A stretch of 56,383 bases of DNA, counting the filler, from Malassezia furfur (taxonomy: Eukaryota), in assembly GCA_052055015.1 (NCBI GenBank). It is 3 parts of 3 records of this genome, joined end to end, with 100 filler letters (N's around TTAATTAATTAA, not from the genome) between each part and the next. Parts side by side here need not be neighbours in the genome. Positions count along the whole stretch, not along the records: positions 37,687 to 56,383 come from JBQJIT010000205.1; 2 more parts are not named here. One strand, 5' to 3'. Made by a program: the position numbers and the translations under genes. The notes below the pieces were generated by a model. It was not told where the DNA came from and did no database searches. It saw nothing but the letters and a program-made list of their open reading frames with translations. The stretch's first letter is position 1. Every line of letters starts with the position of its first letter. Positions 52,664 to 56,383 of the stretch are shown in pieces.

Positions 52664-53323
52664 ATGAGTGCCCCCGCCGGCGTACAGCGCCTAATGCACA
52701 CGAGCGCCCGGCTGCAGGCCGAGGCAGCCCGTCAGGCGCGTAAGAACGCCAAGCCTGCGCGTGCCTCGATGCCAGTGTCGCAAGACACGGAGAAGGCGCC
52801 GGTGCCTGTGTCCATGTGGGACCATCCCTTGTACCGTATCGCCAACCGCAAGCCGCACCAGGCCATGCCGAGCACCGCGGGGGATACCAGTGCGCCGGGG
52901 TCCGAGATCCGCAGGCCGACTATGACACAGCGCCAGACATACCGTGCCATGATGCTTGACTTCCGTGCGCACGCACCTACCATTCTCGGCGGTGCGCAAA
53001 AGCCAACGGTGCGTTATGCACCTCCGATTGCCGTGCCTGCGGATGCGAAAATTTCGGGCACGTCCACTGCATCGCTGCGCGACCGTCTGAAGCAGCTCAA
53101 AGACCTGCACAAGGACCAGGTCTCGAAGGGCAACTACGCGCCGTACCTTCCCAAGGCGTCCCTCCACGACCAGCGCCTGCACAGCGCTGAGGCGGCCAAG
53201 TCGCCTGAAAACCGCGCGATCATCAATGCAGACCAGGCGATGAGCGCCAATACGAGTATGCACCCCATTGCGCGCCGGTTCATTATTGAGCGCCTGGGCT
53301 CCCAGCTCAAGGTGCCATGCTAG
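52664..53323 (+). CDS. Hypothetical basic protein with mitochondrial presequence-like N-terminus
   Basis: RLMHTSARLQ cleavage-like motif; coding-like codon usage. Confidence 0.6.
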   Translation: MSAPAGVQRLMHTSARLQAEAARQARKNAKPARASMPVSQDTEKAPVPVSMWDHPLYRIANRKPHQAMPSTAGDTSAPGSEIRRPTMTQRQTYRAMMLDFRAHAPTILGGAQKPTVRYAPPIAVPADAKISGTSTASLRDRLKQLKDLHKDQVSKGNYAPYLPKASLHDQRLHSAEAAKSPENRAIINADQAMSANTSMHPIARRFIIERLGSQLKVPC

Positions 53324-53333
53324 GGTATCTAGT

Positions 53334-54203
53334 CTAATCCATATCCTCTATGTCTGCATCGAGATCTTCGTCCTCGGCGATGGGCGAAGTCATTGCCATG
53401 GACTGCCGAGCGATGGCGTCAAGCGCAGCGGCAGCCGCAGACGCCCCTGCCGTACGCTGTGGAGTCCACCGCTGCGGAAGCGAGCGTCTAGGTCGAGTAC
53501 GAGGAAGGTCAAACGAGGCAGACATGGATTCTGACCACCCCGAGGTATCTTCGAGCAGGACATCGCCCATGCCGTAGAGATCATGTGGAAGCGACAAATC
53601 AGGACCCGGAGGTGCCGTCTGCGCATGCAGATCGTCTTCATGATGACTGTGCTCTTCCTCTGCCAGTGTCCGACGGCGCCCAATTTGTACAATGTCTTTC
53701 TCTCCATACCGTACACGTTGGATCTTGGCATTCTCGAGCGCATCCTCCCAGTCGCTGAGCTGATCTGCATCCGCCACGCTCCCCAAGGGCTGAATCCCCT
53801 TGAGCGTACGCAATATTCTCGCATCCTCTGCCACGTCGCCCCGCCAAGGTAAATGCTGCCCACGCGCAGCGCGTTTGGCCTCTTGCGCAATTCGCTGCTG
53901 CGTACGCAGCTCCGCGGTTTGTTGCGTGGAACCTGCGCGAGCAACAACGTTTGTGGACCTCAGCCAACGTCGATCTTCGGCCTGCTCTGCTAGCGCTGCT
54001 GCATGCACCAATGTTTGTGATCCGTTCGCGCGAACTTCTGGTTGGGTCTCCTCGTCCGCAAATTCGCCAAGTGCATCCTCAGATGAATCTGCATCGAGTG
54101 CGGCTGGGTCTGTTGGATCCAAATTTTGCTTCTGACTGCGTCTTTGCCGCTCGCGCGTTATGGACTGAGCGGAGAAAGTCCACAGCGTCGAGATGTCGGC
54201 CAT
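53334..54203 (-). CDS. Hypothetical protein, possibly APC/C subunit Apc15/Mnd2-like
   Basis: RVRYGEKDIVQIGRRRTLAEEE and acidic EDLDADIEDMD resemble fungal Apc15 motifs. Confidence 0.5.
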   Translation of the reverse strand: MADISTLWTFSAQSITRERQRRSQKQNLDPTDPAALDADSSEDALGEFADEETQPEVRANGSQTLVHAAALAEQAEDRRWLRSTNVVARAGSTQQTAELRTQQRIAQEAKRAARGQHLPWRGDVAEDARILRTLKGIQPLGSVADADQLSDWEDALENAKIQRVRYGEKDIVQIGRRRTLAEEEHSHHEDDLHAQTAPPGPDLSLPHDLYGMGDVLLEDTSGWSESMSASFDLPRTRPRRSLPQRWTPQRTAGASAAAAALDAIARQSMAMTSPIAEDEDLDADIEDMD

Positions 54204-54739
54204 GGTTGAAGCACTCCACGGCGATCCACAAGTGGAGGCCTGGTGTTGGCTTCGCGTAAAGAGCGCGCGCTCGCTTGGCTTGCTAAAGAAACAACTGTGC
54301 TGAATTCATAGATCTATTAGGTGGGATACAGCCACTTATAAATCGATTGGCTTGGGTACATGGGCGTCAGGGAACGAACACCTACACCCCTCTACTTCCA
54401 AGCATGTCTACGAGAGGCTCCCCTATCTGTATTGCCCGGTCCTAAGCTCTCTCAAGTCTCGGTTGGTGCGCATCCTAAGACAGAGTGCGGCCTTGATGCT
54501 CTCAGTGAAGCAAATTAAAAGAAGCTCTTGGGCGTTCTCTACAATTCCAAAATGAGCCCTTCAGCCTAGATATTTTCTGACCCATCTCGATCACCTCAGA
54601 GAAGTACGCCAGTTCGGGGATTACGGGGGTATCGGAAAGATAGAAAGTTCCAGAGCAAAATTACTTGTGGAGGCGTCTGGCACATAAAGGCGGCCCGTGC
54701 TTGGGCCGTGCCGTGGTTGTTCCCACATCTCCCATCAGC

Positions 54740-55831
54740 ATGTCTTCCACCAACATTCCCGCAAAGATGAATGCGCTCGTTGTTCAGGGCAAGGGCGAGG
54801 CCAAGGTCGAGCAAGTGGACACTCCCAAGCCTGCGCCTATCGGCGTCCTTGTTCACGTTGACAACGTCGCGCTCAACCCGACTGACTGGAAGCACCTCGA
54901 CCTCTTTGGCGCGAAGGGTGCCTTTGTCGGCTCTGACTTTGTTGGAACCGTGGTTGCCAAGGGCGACGAGGACAAGTCGGGCATTGAGATCGGCACACGC
55001 GTCGCTGGTATGACCCGCGGTGGCTACAGCGTTGGTGTGGGTTCATTCGCAGACTACGTCGCCACCTACCCTCAGACGCTCATCCGTGTGCCTGACAACC
55101 TGCCGAACGAAACGGCTGCGGGACTTAGCGTCGGTGGTCTCACTGCGTACTTCTCCCTCTTCCAGGACAAGCACCTTGCTTTCACGCCGCCATCGCCTAC
55201 GCTCGACAAGTTGCCGTCGGTCGACCAATCCAAGAAGGTCCTGATCTGGTCGGGTGCCACGTCGGTTGGCCAGTTCGCCATCCAGCTCGCTCGTGCGGCT
55301 GGTTACCATGTCATTGTCACCGCCTCGCTCAAGCACGAGAGCTACATGAAGAGCCTGGGTGCTGCCGAGGTGCTGGACTACAAAGACGAAAAGACGCCCG
55401 AGAAGATCGCAGAGGCGCACCCTGATCTGGTGCATGCGCTTGACACGTTTGCGACGGAGCAGTCGCAGCTTGGTTGTGCTCGTGCGTTGTCCAAGACCCA
55501 GGCTTCTAAGCTCTGCACTATCCTCCCTCCGAACGAGAAGGTCAAATCTGTGAACGACAAGGTTGAACAGACGTTCTTTATCGGCTACACCCTGGCTGGT
55601 CAGGAGCTCGACTTCTTTGGCATGCACTACTCGAAGGAGTACTGCCAACAGGATCAGCAGTATCTCTTCAAGGTCATCAGCAGCGGTGTTCTGACCGGCC
55701 TTCTGAGTAAGGACCTTCTGAAGCCGAACAACACTGCGCCTCAGACGGGTGGGCTTGCGGCCATTCCGGCCGGTCTCGACCGCATGCGCAAGGGCGAGAT
55801 TTCCGGTGAGAAGCTCACATACAAAATCTAA
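54740..55831 (+). CDS. MDR-family NADPH enoyl/quinone reductase (YLR460C/ToxD-like)
   Basis: VALNPTDWKH, GSDFVGTV, LIWSGATSVGQFAIQLAR, GEISGEKL. Confidence 0.9.
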   Translation: MSSTNIPAKMNALVVQGKGEAKVEQVDTPKPAPIGVLVHVDNVALNPTDWKHLDLFGAKGAFVGSDFVGTVVAKGDEDKSGIEIGTRVAGMTRGGYSVGVGSFADYVATYPQTLIRVPDNLPNETAAGLSVGGLTAYFSLFQDKHLAFTPPSPTLDKLPSVDQSKKVLIWSGATSVGQFAIQLARAAGYHVIVTASLKHESYMKSLGAAEVLDYKDEKTPEKIAEAHPDLVHALDTFATEQSQLGCARALSKTQASKLCTILPPNEKVKSVNDKVEQTFFIGYTLAGQELDFFGMHYSKEYCQQDQQYLFKVISSGVLTGLLSKDLLKPNNTAPQTGGLAAIPAGLDRMRKGEISGEKLTYKI

Positions 55832-56383
55832 ATTAATGCTTCAGAGTAGATGTAGTCATAAGTATATGTCCGATCAAGAAATATCTTGAATGGATTGTTA
55901 TAAAGGAACGCTTGTGAACTGTTCGACGTCGGCAACCCATGGTCTCAGAAACAAGAGCAATTTTCCCGAAAATGGTCGCTGGCCTAAAATGACTGCTTTT
56001 TACCGGAACATTTTTAATTTTGGTCATGGTTTTATAATGAAGCACAGACTGCACCAAGTGAACTATAGTACAAACACACTAGGATCACAATCGAGAGCAC
56101 TGGATTAAAGCATAACTCTAGATTCTCTTACATTACATATCTAATGGTCTCGTGCGTGCAGTATTTAGTTACTCTAAAGACTAACGTTCGAAAATCCTTG
56201 TTTTAAAGGGGTTCATCGAGGCTAATATGATTCTTGGCGCCGCGAAAACGCAACTTTCGAAAGGGTTCAGTTTCTTCGATGGTCATTAATCTCGGTATAC
56301 TATGTATCTCCAATCACCGCTGGCCAGGCCATATATCCGTCCGTTAAGTCCACAAGACCCCATCGCAACCGTGCGAGCCATGC

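Overview
This is compact basidiomycete yeast nuclear DNA, most like Malassezia: gene-dense, GC-rich, with intergenic gaps mostly under 150 bp and very short introns. The window is three non-contiguous segments of about 18.7 kb (1-18746, 18847-37586, 37687-56383) joined by artificial N-TTAATTAATTAA-N spacers that cut genes. I can support about 39 protein genes or fragments plus an intron-containing tRNA-Gly(CCC). Recognised genes include antizyme, PXA2-like ABCD, ATP16, VPS30, TIM17, MSY1, a HIT protein, GPI19, MRC1, DPH2, COG1, YKT6, a paraoxonase-like protein, SSK2, RIC1, SLX9, DIC1, SPF1, STE11, CTF18, an APE1-like endonuclease, GAD1, RPP0, SWD2 and a CHORD protein. Highlights: (1) 36 hand-called spliceosomal introns of only 21-39 nt, 16 of them 21-23 nt, including AT|G split start codons, 8- and 14-nt microexons and a GC-AG intron; (2) an HSBP1 gene absent from the ORF track; (3) a ~700-nt helix-rich non-coding island between a coiled-coil gene and MRC1 that looks like an unannotated structured RNA; (4) near-zero spacing between genes. 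All homology calls come from motif recognition by eye; no searches were run.
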